Below the pieces are notes generated by a model. That model was given only the letters and a program-made list of their open reading frames with translations, made no database searches and had not been told where the DNA came from. The position numbers and the translations under genes were made by a program. Of a stretch of DNA of 64,000 nt, positions 48,180 to 57,918 are shown piece after piece. Source of the stretch: Bdellovibrionales bacterium (GTDB taxonomy: Bacteria > Bdellovibrionota > Bdellovibrionia > Bdellovibrionales > JAGQZY01); the NCBI GenBank assembly GCA_964230645.1, contig CAXRHT010000002.1:1536001-1600000 (forward strand). Reading direction: 5' to 3'. Positions within the stretch are counted from its first letter, which is position 1. Every line of letters starts with the position of its first letter.

Positions 48180-49733
48180 ATGAAAACAGTGACCCAATCA
48201 AATTTGCCAAGCTTGAGGCTCTTAATTGTTATCCTTACTTTTATGTGCCTGAGTCCTCATGGTGTGTTGGCCCAATTTGATGAGACCGAAACCGAGTTTT
48301 TAGAGACATTGTTAGAAAGTGGCCAAAACCTTCCTCAGAATAAGCAGGAATTGGTTCAATCACTTTTAGATGATCTTTCGTTAGGTGATGACACCCAACT
48401 TCAGGCTCTCTTGTTGGAGTCTTCTTCATCGATACACAGCAGTTTAATTTCAGCTCTTCTTAATGGAGAAGATGCTGAGAATATCGTGCAACTCCTGGGT
48501 GCAATCGACTCAAGTGATGAACAGTTTATTAAATTTCTCTCAGCTCTTCGAACAAAAATTCACAGTGACCCTGAGAAATTAGAAAGAATTCGAAACAATA
48601 TGTCTATTGTGTATGCTGATGTTTTAGCAACACCCGTTCGCTTACCAGCTCTTGGCGCTCGTTTCATGCAATCTTCAATGCTAAATTTAGCTGTTATATC
48701 TTTAGCCTATTCGAATTACCCTGATATAGTGACATCTGTCATGCACGGCAACGACATGGCCTTCATTCCCTACTTTGTAGGAATGCTCGGGATGTTTGTG
48801 CTATCAACGGCCACCGAAATTCGCGTGTATTTTCGCTCCTGGAGAGCTTACAAACAGTCTTTAACTCAACGCAGACGAGCCGAAAGACACCTTGATTCTT
48901 TTATTAAGCTCGTGTCCGCTCTTCAAAGCTCACCCGATTTAATACCTATGATTGATCGCATGAAATACTTTGCCTCCCCTTATGCAGAAAATGCCGCCCT
49001 TCAAGCTTTGGCTGAGTATCCGGATCGCATGGTTCAAGATATGGAGTTTCTCACCCAAAACTCTGATCATTGGGCCCATATGAGTCGATTTTATAAAACT
49101 CGACAGTTCTACGATCTCATTGAAAAATACAATGAGCGCTTAACTGAGACCGATAAAGAAATACTTCTAACCTACTATCAAGAAGGTAAAAATCTTCACG
49201 AGCTTCCCATTCATATCCGAGAGGAGCAACTCAATTTCGAAAGACGTGTTATGACCTACTTTAATCAATGGATGCAAACAGAGGGGCATACTGGTTTTAA
49301 TGAACAGTTTCGCAGGCTACTTTCAAGAAAAACTCAAGAGGTTGAGTTCCTCAACGATGTGTCCTTACCTCGTAACGCCTATGGACTCATGACCACATGT
49401 CTAGGTCTAAGTATGGCAATACTCAGTATTCATTTAGGCGTTGAGGCTACCACTCAATACCAAGGCTTTAATGCTTTTTTTGATCACATCTCTGATTTTC
49501 TAATGAAACATTCAAATGCGAGCATGTATTTTCTGGCCTCTTTGGTCGTTGTACCCATGTCCTATATGGCCTACACCGAAAGACGTTTAAGGCATCGAAT
49601 GAAAGCTCTCAGGTTCCATGTTCACTACGATTTAAACGAGCTTCTCGCCCTTACCAGAGGCATGCCTCGATGGACTCAGCGCCAAGGAAGAATTGCAAAC
49701 CCTGTGGCCCCCATGTGTCGCGCCATCTTTTAA
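48180..49733 (+). CDS. Exported hypothetical protein with two hydrophobic helical hairpins
   Basis: Signal peptide (VLA|QF); two pairs of TM-like helices; ends MCRAIF. Confidence 0.7.
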   Translation: MKTVTQSNLPSLRLLIVILTFMCLSPHGVLAQFDETETEFLETLLESGQNLPQNKQELVQSLLDDLSLGDDTQLQALLLESSSSIHSSLISALLNGEDAENIVQLLGAIDSSDEQFIKFLSALRTKIHSDPEKLERIRNNMSIVYADVLATPVRLPALGARFMQSSMLNLAVISLAYSNYPDIVTSVMHGNDMAFIPYFVGMLGMFVLSTATEIRVYFRSWRAYKQSLTQRRRAERHLDSFIKLVSALQSSPDLIPMIDRMKYFASPYAENAALQALAEYPDRMVQDMEFLTQNSDHWAHMSRFYKTRQFYDLIEKYNERLTETDKEILLTYYQEGKNLHELPIHIREEQLNFERRVMTYFNQWMQTEGHTGFNEQFRRLLSRKTQEVEFLNDVSLPRNAYGLMTTCLGLSMAILSIHLGVEATTQYQGFNAFFDHISDFLMKHSNASMYFLASLVVVPMSYMAYTERRLRHRMKALRFHVHYDLNELLALTRGMPRWTQRQGRIANPVAPMCRAIF

Positions 49734-49923
49734 CAGTTATTTATCTAACACCCCACTGACAGACTTCGTCACTTTTTCTTTTTTTACATTCGTATTAAAA
49801 CTCAACAGTCCTATTCAGTTAGTAATATTAAATACATACGAGCCTCGATTCGCCATCCAAGTGCCTTAAGATCGGTAAGGTCTTTGCATTTCTTATGTGT
49901 ATAAAACAAAAGGAATACTAAGA

Positions 49924-50532
49924 ATGAGAATATTTCGTACAACAATTATTATCATCAGCCTTGTTCTCGCCTCGGGTTGTGACCAAAGATCCGATGAAGA
50001 AGTCCTGGGAGGACGGGATGTCACCCAACAATTTTTAACTCAGTACAATGGATTCTTTAAAGAAGACACCGATCGACGTGATGGTGGCGAAGAGCTAACT
50101 ATCTCTCGTGAAGGGGAAATTGAAATTAATAAAATTCGTCATGTTGGACGCGAACACGATCCCGCCATTCCCGACGGAACGATTTGCAATTATGTTCTGC
50201 ATGGTCAGGTTCGCTCAGTTATCGAACTCAATGAAACCTCAAGAAAACGTGTGGACGAAGAGGAGCGCGTTTATTTTATTCCTCAAACCCACAATCTTAC
50301 CTTTAGTGTGTTGCAGGTAAGCTTGAGTAACGAACTTCGAGCTGGAACGACCGACAATGAGGCCTGCCAACGCTTTCAAGAAGAAATGAACCAAAGACTT
50401 CCCATGTACACCTACGGCATGGAACTGTTTGGAAGTGGTCAAAACATTCGTCTTCACACTTTAAATAACGATGACGTTACCCACGAGGGACGTGGTGAAG
50501 GAACCACAGACGAAAACTTTGAAAGACAATAA
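49924..50532 (+). CDS. Hypothetical lipoprotein
   Basis: LASG-C lipobox; AAAGGA upstream. Confidence 0.7.
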   Translation: MRIFRTTIIIISLVLASGCDQRSDEEVLGGRDVTQQFLTQYNGFFKEDTDRRDGGEELTISREGEIEINKIRHVGREHDPAIPDGTICNYVLHGQVRSVIELNETSRKRVDEEERVYFIPQTHNLTFSVLQVSLSNELRAGTTDNEACQRFQEEMNQRLPMYTYGMELFGSGQNIRLHTLNNDDVTHEGRGEGTTDENFERQ

Positions 50533-50564
50533 AAAAAAGGGAAAACCTTAAAAAGGTTTTCCCT
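50531..50564. terminator. Terminator between convergent genes
   Basis: A8-GGGAAAACCTT-AAA-AAGGTTTTCCCT hairpin. Confidence 0.7.
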
Positions 50565-50592
50565 CTCCCCCCAGATAGTGCCCCTAGTATCT

Positions 50593-50964
50593 TTATCTTT
50601 TGTGTAGAAAGTTAGAAGTGCATCCGCCATAGTGATCCGAGAATCCACTGACTGTGCGAGTTGATACCGCTGAGTAGGGATAGCTAAAATCACTCATTCC
50701 ATCAGATCCATTGTAGTTTAAATTCATTTCCATAAGCACCCGGCGAGAGCGATCCCAAAGCTCAAAACGTCCCGGTCCCATAATTTGAAAGGAGACATTT
50801 CGTATGACTTGAGTCGAACCATTGGCTCTTTCAATGGTGAGCGACTGCTGAACCATACTGTACTGTGTGGAATAAAAGGGTTCAGTAAAAGAACATTTGA
50901 TAATATCGGCTTTTGCGCTAAAGGCGAAAAGTGAAGTTAATAAGATAAATACTAGTTTTGCCAT
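50593..50964 (-). CDS. Small secreted hypothetical protein
   Basis: AGGAGG RBS; signal peptide (AKA|DI); two Cys. Confidence 0.75.
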   Translation of the reverse strand: MAKLVFILLTSLFAFSAKADIIKCSFTEPFYSTQYSMVQQSLTIERANGSTQVIRNVSFQIMGPGRFELWDRSRRVLMEMNLNYNGSDGMSDFSYPYSAVSTRTVSGFSDHYGGCTSNFLHKR

Positions 50965-51086
50965 GTAGTCCTCCTATTTTTTAAAGACTCTCTTACTTGC
51001 AGCGCCTTATTACCTCGTTTTTTGAAGGAATACCTAATTAATTATTTTACACATTTGCAGGGGAGAAAAGAACGAAGTCTCTTATT

Positions 51087-51704
51087 TTAGAAAGGATCAA
51101 AAAGGATCATTTGTTCGGTTGTGGTGTCATAAATAATATTGTCGGGCTTTAGCATAAGGTCAATACTTCGCTCTTCCCCATCGACTATTCCGTGGAACTC
51201 GATACCGTAAACATTCTCTAAGTAATGGGAGACTGTAAAACCAGGAACATCTTGAAGCTTTTGAGTGAAAGAGTCGGCCCACTTTAAAAATTCCGCGTTT
51301 AATTTTTTTCGAAGTCTTCGATTGGGAACTTTATCTAAAGGGTATCCCTTCACATCGGGAAAAGTTAACGAACTTTCTGAAACAGTATGAGGGCGGTAGA
51401 CTTTCACAGGCGCATCTTCTGGAATCCGATCCTTAAATAGATTGAGTGCGATCACATCATTTTGAAGACTGGATTCATCAAAGTAATCCTTTCTGAGCCA
51501 AGTTCGTCCACTTTCCAAATCAATGACCCTATAAACCCGACCGCCCATCTCACCCGCTCCTAGAAACCATAGGGACTGAGATGGACGCCTTGTCTCAAGA
51601 GGCACGCCTTGAAAGTATTCGTTGAACAATATCTCACGGCAGAGATCTTGAGCCCCAGAGGAGAAAGATGAAAAGAAGAGGAATAAAAAAAAGAGAGCTT
51701 GCAT
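51087..51704 (-). CDS. Secreted minimal protein-kinase-like protein
   Basis: Signal peptide; LGAGEMGGRVY Gly loop, LRK, LKPDNII, terminal LFDPF. Confidence 0.55.
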   Translation of the reverse strand: MQALFFLFLFFSSFSSGAQDLCREILFNEYFQGVPLETRRPSQSLWFLGAGEMGGRVYRVIDLESGRTWLRKDYFDESSLQNDVIALNLFKDRIPEDAPVKVYRPHTVSESSLTFPDVKGYPLDKVPNRRLRKKLNAEFLKWADSFTQKLQDVPGFTVSHYLENVYGIEFHGIVDGEERSIDLMLKPDNIIYDTTTEQMILFDPF

Positions 51705-51784
51705 AGAGAACTTGTATTGCAAAATTAAGTCCAAACAACAAGATCTGCAGTCATTTTTACAGTATCGTTGAAGGGGAATTTGGA

Positions 51785-52660
51785 TTAAATATTCTCAAGC
51801 CCTGCTTGCTGATCGATATCTTGGAGGAGACGGAAATAATAGCCCTTTCCTATGGGCTCTCCATTGAGGTAGTAAACATCCTCTTTAATCTCTAAGTTTT
51901 CTTTAATCACTTTGTGATAAAGAACAGCCTTAAAGCCCTTATGAAAACTCACTTCATCGGTCCGCCTGTAAAACTCTTTTGTGTCAGCTTCTTCGTTCGT
52001 GATTGAGGGGCGCTGACTTTGATATCGAACCCGAAGGGTGTAGTCGAAGGTTCCGAAACCCTGAGACTCCCCTCGGACTCTGGAAGTGACTTGCTCATAG
52101 GTTCTATGCTTCCCCCGCCATTCACGCTCTGTTTTCTCAAACTGGGTGACTAGATTCATAAAAGCAATATCAGTTTCCACACCCTTATCTTTGGCATAAA
52201 AAGTTTTCTCCTCACTGATTGTAATTTCGCTTTCGCTCTCTTCTTCGTTTTCTCTACGCTCTCTTAAGAAAAGAGTTCGAATATTACAGTCATCTCCTCC
52301 TATGGTAGCCTGGAAATCTTTATCCTGACTCCCCGTTTGGGCCAAATGACAATTCTGAAAATCAACAGAGTTTTTCAACTGATCGCGAAAGACTTTTCGA
52401 GAAATTATGGGACGCCCATCAACAACAAGGTTTACGGTTTCACTACTCTCGCTTCTGGGTCGATGCTCAACAAAATGGAAAACATCTCCCAGGGCCCCAT
52501 TGATATTTTGAAATCGCGTGGCCTCTTTCCTATCCAGCGATTTGAGGTCGCCCCCAGGGATATTGGAAGCATCTTCATCAGTTTCAACCGCCGGACCACA
52601 AGCTTCTAAAAAAACTAAAATTGCGATTAAAATAAATCGGTGCCTAAGTTGTCGGGGCAT
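51785..52660 (-). CDS. Hypothetical lipoprotein
   Basis: AGGAG RBS; LEA-C lipobox. Confidence 0.7.
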   Translation of the reverse strand: MPRQLRHRFILIAILVFLEACGPAVETDEDASNIPGGDLKSLDRKEATRFQNINGALGDVFHFVEHRPRSESSETVNLVVDGRPIISRKVFRDQLKNSVDFQNCHLAQTGSQDKDFQATIGGDDCNIRTLFLRERRENEEESESEITISEEKTFYAKDKGVETDIAFMNLVTQFEKTEREWRGKHRTYEQVTSRVRGESQGFGTFDYTLRVRYQSQRPSITNEEADTKEFYRRTDEVSFHKGFKAVLYHKVIKENLEIKEDVYYLNGEPIGKGYYFRLLQDIDQQAGLENI

Positions 52661-52970
52661 GGAGATTCTCCTATGTTGGACAGATTAATTTTGTCTTTAT
52701 ATTACCCAAAAAAACAATGAGGCCCAATCTTTCAAAACCCAAGGACTCTCCAAAATTTGACTTAAACACTCCACATTTAAGATTCTGTTAAGAAAGCCTC
52801 GATCCAGAAAAATGATAGAAATGACCTAAGTCATTAAATTTACTTGGCATATATGAGACTCATTAGACTCCAAACCAATTGATAGCTAAGGGGCGCCACT
52901 TGCTCATAACAGAAATCTTTGGATTTATTCGTGATTTTTGATAAGTAAGAGCCAGTTATTGGGGGACACA

Positions 52971-53426
52971 ATGCTTAGATTAATAGCAATTTTTTTACTC
53001 GCCACTCTACCTTCTCTAGTTTGGGCCAATGCTGATGCCTGTGATATCGAAGACTCACCTCAAGAGTCAGCCATTTCCTGCGAAGATATACGCATTTCAC
53101 ATTCTAAAGATAAAGCTACGATCGAGTTTGTTGATGGCTTTACCCTCTTTTTTCAATTCGGCCAGACCGCCCTGGAAGATAAGGTAAAATATCAATCGGG
53201 AGACCGGGCAGAAGCTAAGGTAACAAGTCGTGACCAACAGATCGTTTCTCGTTTGGCAAAATATATGGGTAATGAGCTAACGACCATAGAAGCAAAAGTG
53301 ATTGATCTTTTTAATCAGTTTCCTATGAATCGACCACTTAATGCCGATGATCCGGTCACTGGTGGCGAAGTGCCTTGGCCCATTCCTGAGGATGGGGAAA
53401 AGCCCGATAAGCCCAGGCAAGATTAA
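52971..53426 (+). CDS. Secreted hypothetical protein
   Basis: GGGGGA RBS; signal peptide (VWA|NA). Confidence 0.65.
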   Translation: MLRLIAIFLLATLPSLVWANADACDIEDSPQESAISCEDIRISHSKDKATIEFVDGFTLFFQFGQTALEDKVKYQSGDRAEAKVTSRDQQIVSRLAKYMGNELTTIEAKVIDLFNQFPMNRPLNADDPVTGGEVPWPIPEDGEKPDKPRQD

Positions 53427-53445
53427 ATCCCTTCGTGAAGAGTCT

Positions 53446-55284
53446 TTAAAGCTTTTCTCGAAAAACTTTTTCTAACCTTTCTAAACTAAAATCATCAGGA
53501 GAAATAGGTTTGTGAAAACGAACTTGCACCTTTCTCCTTTTCACTCGGTCCTTATTTTTAGCTTTGGAGAAAATTGAGGGCCACATTCCCTCGATTGTAG
53601 CTGGAACCACCGGCACCGGATTGTTTTTTAAAATCTTCAGAATCCCAGGCTTGAGAGGCCCCAACTCTCCATCAAGAGTTAGCTGGCCTTCAGGGAAAAT
53701 ACCGACAGCCTCACCTTCTTTTAAGCTTAAGGCAACACGCTCAAAAGCCTCATTCATAAGTTTTTCATTTTCCTTTTTGCCGGCAATAGGAATCACCTTA
53801 GCCTGCTTCATAAGAAAGCGAATTCCTGGAATTTTAAAAAACTGATAATACATCACAAAATTTATGGGTCTTTTGCAAGCCCCTGATAAGATCAACCAAT
53901 CGACATAGGTCACATGATTAGAAACCAAAATAAAGGGGCCTTGCTTAGGGATATTTTCTAAGCCTTTTGTGTCGATGGAATAAATAATTCGTGACAGCAC
54001 CCAAGAATAAAATCGTAAGGTGAACTCCGGAACAACTAAATAGATATAGATCGCTACAACCATATTCATTGCCGCAAAAGTTAGAAATATTTCGGCAGGG
54101 TTCATACCCCAACCGTAAAAAACCATTAGTAAAAGACTTGCAGCCACCATAAAAAGAGCGTTCATGATATTAAGACTAGCTATCACACGTGAGCGTTTAT
54201 CCGGGTCACTGCGCTCTTGTAGAAGAGTATAAAGGGGAACAATAAAAAGGCCCCCAAAAACAGACATGGTGAAAAAATCAAAGATAATTCGACGCCCTTC
54301 CCACAGGGAGAACAGATCACTGATCCCCACCGACTCGGGAGCTTGGGAAAGCCAAGGAGACCCTACGAAATATAAATCTCCAATAAAAAGAGTGAGCCCA
54401 AGTGAGCCTATAGGAACAAGACCTAGTTCCGCTCTTTTGTACGAAAGTTTTTCACAAAGAATCGAACCTATCCCTACACCAAGGGTAAAGGTGGCTAAAA
54501 ATAAGGTGGCCACAGCCCCCGTGCCATTGAGAAAATCTTTAACGTAAATAGGTAAAACCGAAAGTATTCCCGCTCCAAAAAACCAAAACCAAGAGATGGC
54601 TAAAACGGAATTAAAAAGTACGACTTTTGCGCGAATGATTTTCCAAAGTGAAACAAACTCAGGAAAAGGATTGTATTGAATTTTCAAATCTTTATCGCCC
54701 ACCTTCACTTTCGGAACACCACGAGCACTGAAGTAACCTAAAAGGGCAAAGACCAATAAGCCTACAGCGATAATGGGCCTTTTGTTAGGAATGGACTCCA
54801 TGGCACCGCCAGCAATCGTTCCAAGAAGAATGGATAGAAATGTTCCAAGCTCAATATAAGCGTTACCGGTGACGAGTTCGTCAGGATCAAGAAGCTCTGG
54901 AAGAATAGAGTACTTTACAGGGCCAAAAAATGTCGACTGTGTTCCCATTAAAAATAAAACACCGAGAAGTAACACATAGGATTCGGTCAGAAAACCAAGA
55001 GCAGCTACGACCATTATGATGATTTCCCAAATTTTAGTGAGACGCACAATTTTTGATTTCTCAAACTTATCAGAAAGTTGTCCGGCAATGGGTGAGAAGA
55101 GAAAGAAAGGAAGAATAAAAAGTCCACCAGCAAGAGCCACTAAGCTTTTATAGTCCATGCCGAGCAGTTGTATGCCACTAAAAGCTACAATCATTATAAG
55201 GGCATTTTTAAAAAAGTTATCGTTGAAAGCCCCCCAAAACTGGGTCCAAAAGAAAGGTGTGAACTTTTTATGACTCGCCATCAT
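53446..55284 (-). CDS. MFS lysophospholipid transporter fused to PlsC-type acyltransferase (LplT/Aas-like)
   Basis: QFWGAFNDN, FFGPVKYSILP, 12 TM; NHVTYVD and IFPEG acyltransferase motifs. Confidence 0.9.
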   Translation of the reverse strand: MMASHKKFTPFFWTQFWGAFNDNFFKNALIMIVAFSGIQLLGMDYKSLVALAGGLFILPFFLFSPIAGQLSDKFEKSKIVRLTKIWEIIIMVVAALGFLTESYVLLLGVLFLMGTQSTFFGPVKYSILPELLDPDELVTGNAYIELGTFLSILLGTIAGGAMESIPNKRPIIAVGLLVFALLGYFSARGVPKVKVGDKDLKIQYNPFPEFVSLWKIIRAKVVLFNSVLAISWFWFFGAGILSVLPIYVKDFLNGTGAVATLFLATFTLGVGIGSILCEKLSYKRAELGLVPIGSLGLTLFIGDLYFVGSPWLSQAPESVGISDLFSLWEGRRIIFDFFTMSVFGGLFIVPLYTLLQERSDPDKRSRVIASLNIMNALFMVAASLLLMVFYGWGMNPAEIFLTFAAMNMVVAIYIYLVVPEFTLRFYSWVLSRIIYSIDTKGLENIPKQGPFILVSNHVTYVDWLILSGACKRPINFVMYYQFFKIPGIRFLMKQAKVIPIAGKKENEKLMNEAFERVALSLKEGEAVGIFPEGQLTLDGELGPLKPGILKILKNNPVPVVPATIEGMWPSIFSKAKNKDRVKRRKVQVRFHKPISPDDFSLERLEKVFREKL

Positions 55285-55388
55285 TTTCCACGCCACAGCG
55301 AAACTCCTTAAGAAGACATTACAAATGCCCCTCAAGTAGAAAATGAATAGATCAAAAGATCAAAGAGTTTATAGCAATAAGTTTAGAA

Positions 55389-56117
55389 TTAAGCACCACA
55401 TTGAAATCGGGCGAGTACGGACATTTGGTCCACCATTTGTCCGCCAATATCAGAGAGGATCTCGTATTTCACGTTTTTTACCTCTTTTAGATAAGAATCA
55501 AATGTCAGAACTTTTTTTAGATAACGACGATCACCCATTTTTTTCACAATTTCGTAGTTGTGAGTTTCGGGATCATAGACCCAGTAAGGTATAACTGTTT
55601 CATTAACAACAATTTCTTCTTTACTCTCAAAGCTAGTAACAGGGTACTGACCCAGGAGAATTTCACCTTCATTTTCACCATTAATTATAGATTCAAAAGG
55701 GCCATCTTTCATGCCGTCCTTTACGGTGATTTTGATAAGGTACCGAGGATCTTCTAGGCTAGCAGGGGCTTTTTTTCTTTTAAAACGTGAAATATTTATT
55801 TCACATTCTTTCTCTTCATCAAGCTCATCGGATAGAGTAAACTCTGAGCTCTCGTCAGCCCAAGGGTATCCTGGCAGAGTCGTCTGACTCTCAACAAACT
55901 TTGCCGTATCCACTTGAGAGACAAAGTATTGAGCGGTTTTGCGATCAGTCTGAGGAAGGGGCACGCTCTCTTCGATACGTACATTTCCATCACCAATCAA
56001 AAACTTCATTGGTTTTTCTTTTTTAGTGTCTGCTTCATTTTTTGCATTGTGAGAGCAAGCCACTAAACATAATATCGGAGCCCAAAGGGCGACAACTACT
56101 AAAACCTTTTTTCCCAT
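55389..56117 (-). CDS. Hypothetical lipoprotein
   Basis: MGKKVLVVVALWAPILCLVA-C lipobox. Confidence 0.7.
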   Translation of the reverse strand: MGKKVLVVVALWAPILCLVACSHNAKNEADTKKEKPMKFLIGDGNVRIEESVPLPQTDRKTAQYFVSQVDTAKFVESQTTLPGYPWADESSEFTLSDELDEEKECEINISRFKRKKAPASLEDPRYLIKITVKDGMKDGPFESIINGENEGEILLGQYPVTSFESKEEIVVNETVIPYWVYDPETHNYEIVKKMGDRRYLKKVLTFDSYLKEVKNVKYEILSDIGGQMVDQMSVLARFQCGA

Positions 56118-56124
56118 AGAGAAA

Positions 56125-56153
56125 AGTATAAACCCATTGAAAATCCCCGCCAA
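56125..56153 (-). promoter_or_regulatory. sigma70-like promoter, probably leaderless
   Basis: TTGGCG-N17-TATACT ending 7 nt before ATG 56117. Confidence 0.55.
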
Positions 56154-56391
56154 ACCTAATTTCCTCGGGATCGAAATATTATGATACAAAAAATCGTCAG
56201 TTAAAAACCAAGGCCTTCTTTCAAATTCTGTTCGATTTCAGAGTTTCATTTTTATCCAAAAGTTCTGTTTCAGCATCACACACAATTTAGTCCAAAGATC
56301 GGTATTTTGTAGAACTTTATTATAGTCCTTTTTTCCTGGACGGAGATCAATAGAGATTTTTTCTCCGCTCAAAAACTGATACATTCCTCCT

Positions 56392-56880
56392 ATGCGGTTT
56401 ATTTGTGTGTGGATAATTGCCCCGTTATTTATTCTCATATCTGTTTTACAGATCGTCGGTGAAGGTCGAGAGGACTTTCCTTTTTCAAAATGGGGTATGT
56501 ATAGTGATCTTAAAAAAACAGGCCCTGCTGGAAAGACCGTTTTGAATCTTCATTCCCAAGGATCGTCCATCAATGCGATGAAATATGTCTCAAGTCACTA
56601 TACTCTTCAAAGAGTGATGCGTAGAAAGTTTCGTAAACTCTTTCCAAAGAAAAAAGGGGGCAATGCTCAAAATAGTGAAGCGATTGAAAAATCTCGAAAA
56701 TTTATCAAAGACCTTGTGGAAACTCATATTATTGACGATATTAGAAAACATCACGGCCCGCAGGATAAAAAAGCACGACTTGTGGTCGAATGGTTGGAAT
56801 GGGATCATTTGAGTCGTAAAAATCTCTTTAATCCAGACCGAAGGATTCTACTCTACGATGAAAAGCTTTATCCTCACTAG
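56392..56880 (+). CDS. Membrane-anchored partner of HTTM protein
   Basis: N-terminal TM then FPFSKWGMYS; overlaps HTTM gene. Confidence 0.6.
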   Translation: MRFICVWIIAPLFILISVLQIVGEGREDFPFSKWGMYSDLKKTGPAGKTVLNLHSQGSSINAMKYVSSHYTLQRVMRRKFRKLFPKKKGGNAQNSEAIEKSRKFIKDLVETHIIDDIRKHHGPQDKKARLVVEWLEWDHLSRKNLFNPDRRILLYDEKLYPH

Positions 56881-57742
56881 TAAAAGACTTTGGATCGATT
56901 TTTGGACTCCTGCTGTGCACCCAACAGGGCTTGCCATAGTACGTATCATTGTTTTCATTGGTGCGTTTGTTCTGGTGGACTCAATTTCTTTTGATAGCTC
57001 TTTACACCAAGAGCAATATTGGGCCCCTATAAGCTTCTATCAACTTTTCCCCGCTCACTTTTTGACGGCCGATTTGCTGCTATGGCTCCGGCCCTTCTGC
57101 CAGATTCTTCTGATTTGCGCCGCCCTTGGGTTCGTCTTCCCTATCAGCGGACCATCTTCAGCACTGCTTTTTTTAATCCTCGCCGGATATAAGTTCAACT
57201 TTGGCAAAGTTCATCATCCGTATCAAATGCTAGCAATGAGCGTTTTAATTTTAGGCTTTTCCCCCGCCCACTCCCGCTTGTCACTCGATAATTTTTTTAA
57301 AATGACAAAAAAGAAACCTCCATGGAAATACGGATTCCCTCTACGCCTGATCATGTTCCATGTGGCCTTCGTTATGACACTTAACGGGGTATTAAAACTA
57401 TGGCATTCCGGCTGGAAATGGGTTTTCTCTGATAACCTAGCCATGCACCTTTTTTACCTTCCCGTCATTCCTGAAACCACCCTACTCCTTTTGGAGAAAG
57501 CCCCTTTTATCTTTATAATCTTTGCAGGTTGTACGGTTCTAATAGAAAGTCTCTCTTTCTTAGCTTTTTGGAATTTTTACTCAGCCTTTTTCTTTTTTCT
57601 CTCATGGTCTCTTTTTCATATGGGAGTTCACTTTGTGATGGGAGGTCACACCGATTTTTTCACTCAGATTTTGAGCTATAGTGCTTTTCCTCTGTTTTTT
57701 GTATATAGAATCTCTGAGAACAAGAACAGACCTACAAATTAA
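56858..57742 (+). CDS. HTTM-domain membrane protein (vitamin-K-carboxylase/SdpB-like)
   Basis: GLAIVRI, GKVHH, LSLD, GVLKL...W, IE...FH pattern; about 8 TM. Confidence 0.7.
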   Translation: MKSFILTSKRLWIDFWTPAVHPTGLAIVRIIVFIGAFVLVDSISFDSSLHQEQYWAPISFYQLFPAHFLTADLLLWLRPFCQILLICAALGFVFPISGPSSALLFLILAGYKFNFGKVHHPYQMLAMSVLILGFSPAHSRLSLDNFFKMTKKKPPWKYGFPLRLIMFHVAFVMTLNGVLKLWHSGWKWVFSDNLAMHLFYLPVIPETTLLLLEKAPFIFIIFAGCTVLIESLSFLAFWNFYSAFFFFLSWSLFHMGVHFVMGGHTDFFTQILSYSAFPLFFVYRISENKNRPTN

Positions 57743-57918
57743 CGTTTTAAGTTCCGAATGAAACCCCTTTTTTCCCTATTTTTTTATTGATGATTTCCGA
57801 CCAAAATTTATACCAAATTGCCTATATCTATTACTCTGTTTCAATTCGGAACAGGCTCATAGAGAAATACTGATAAATTGCTATAATAAAAACTCAGGGA
57901 AGTTTTGGGGGTCCAATC

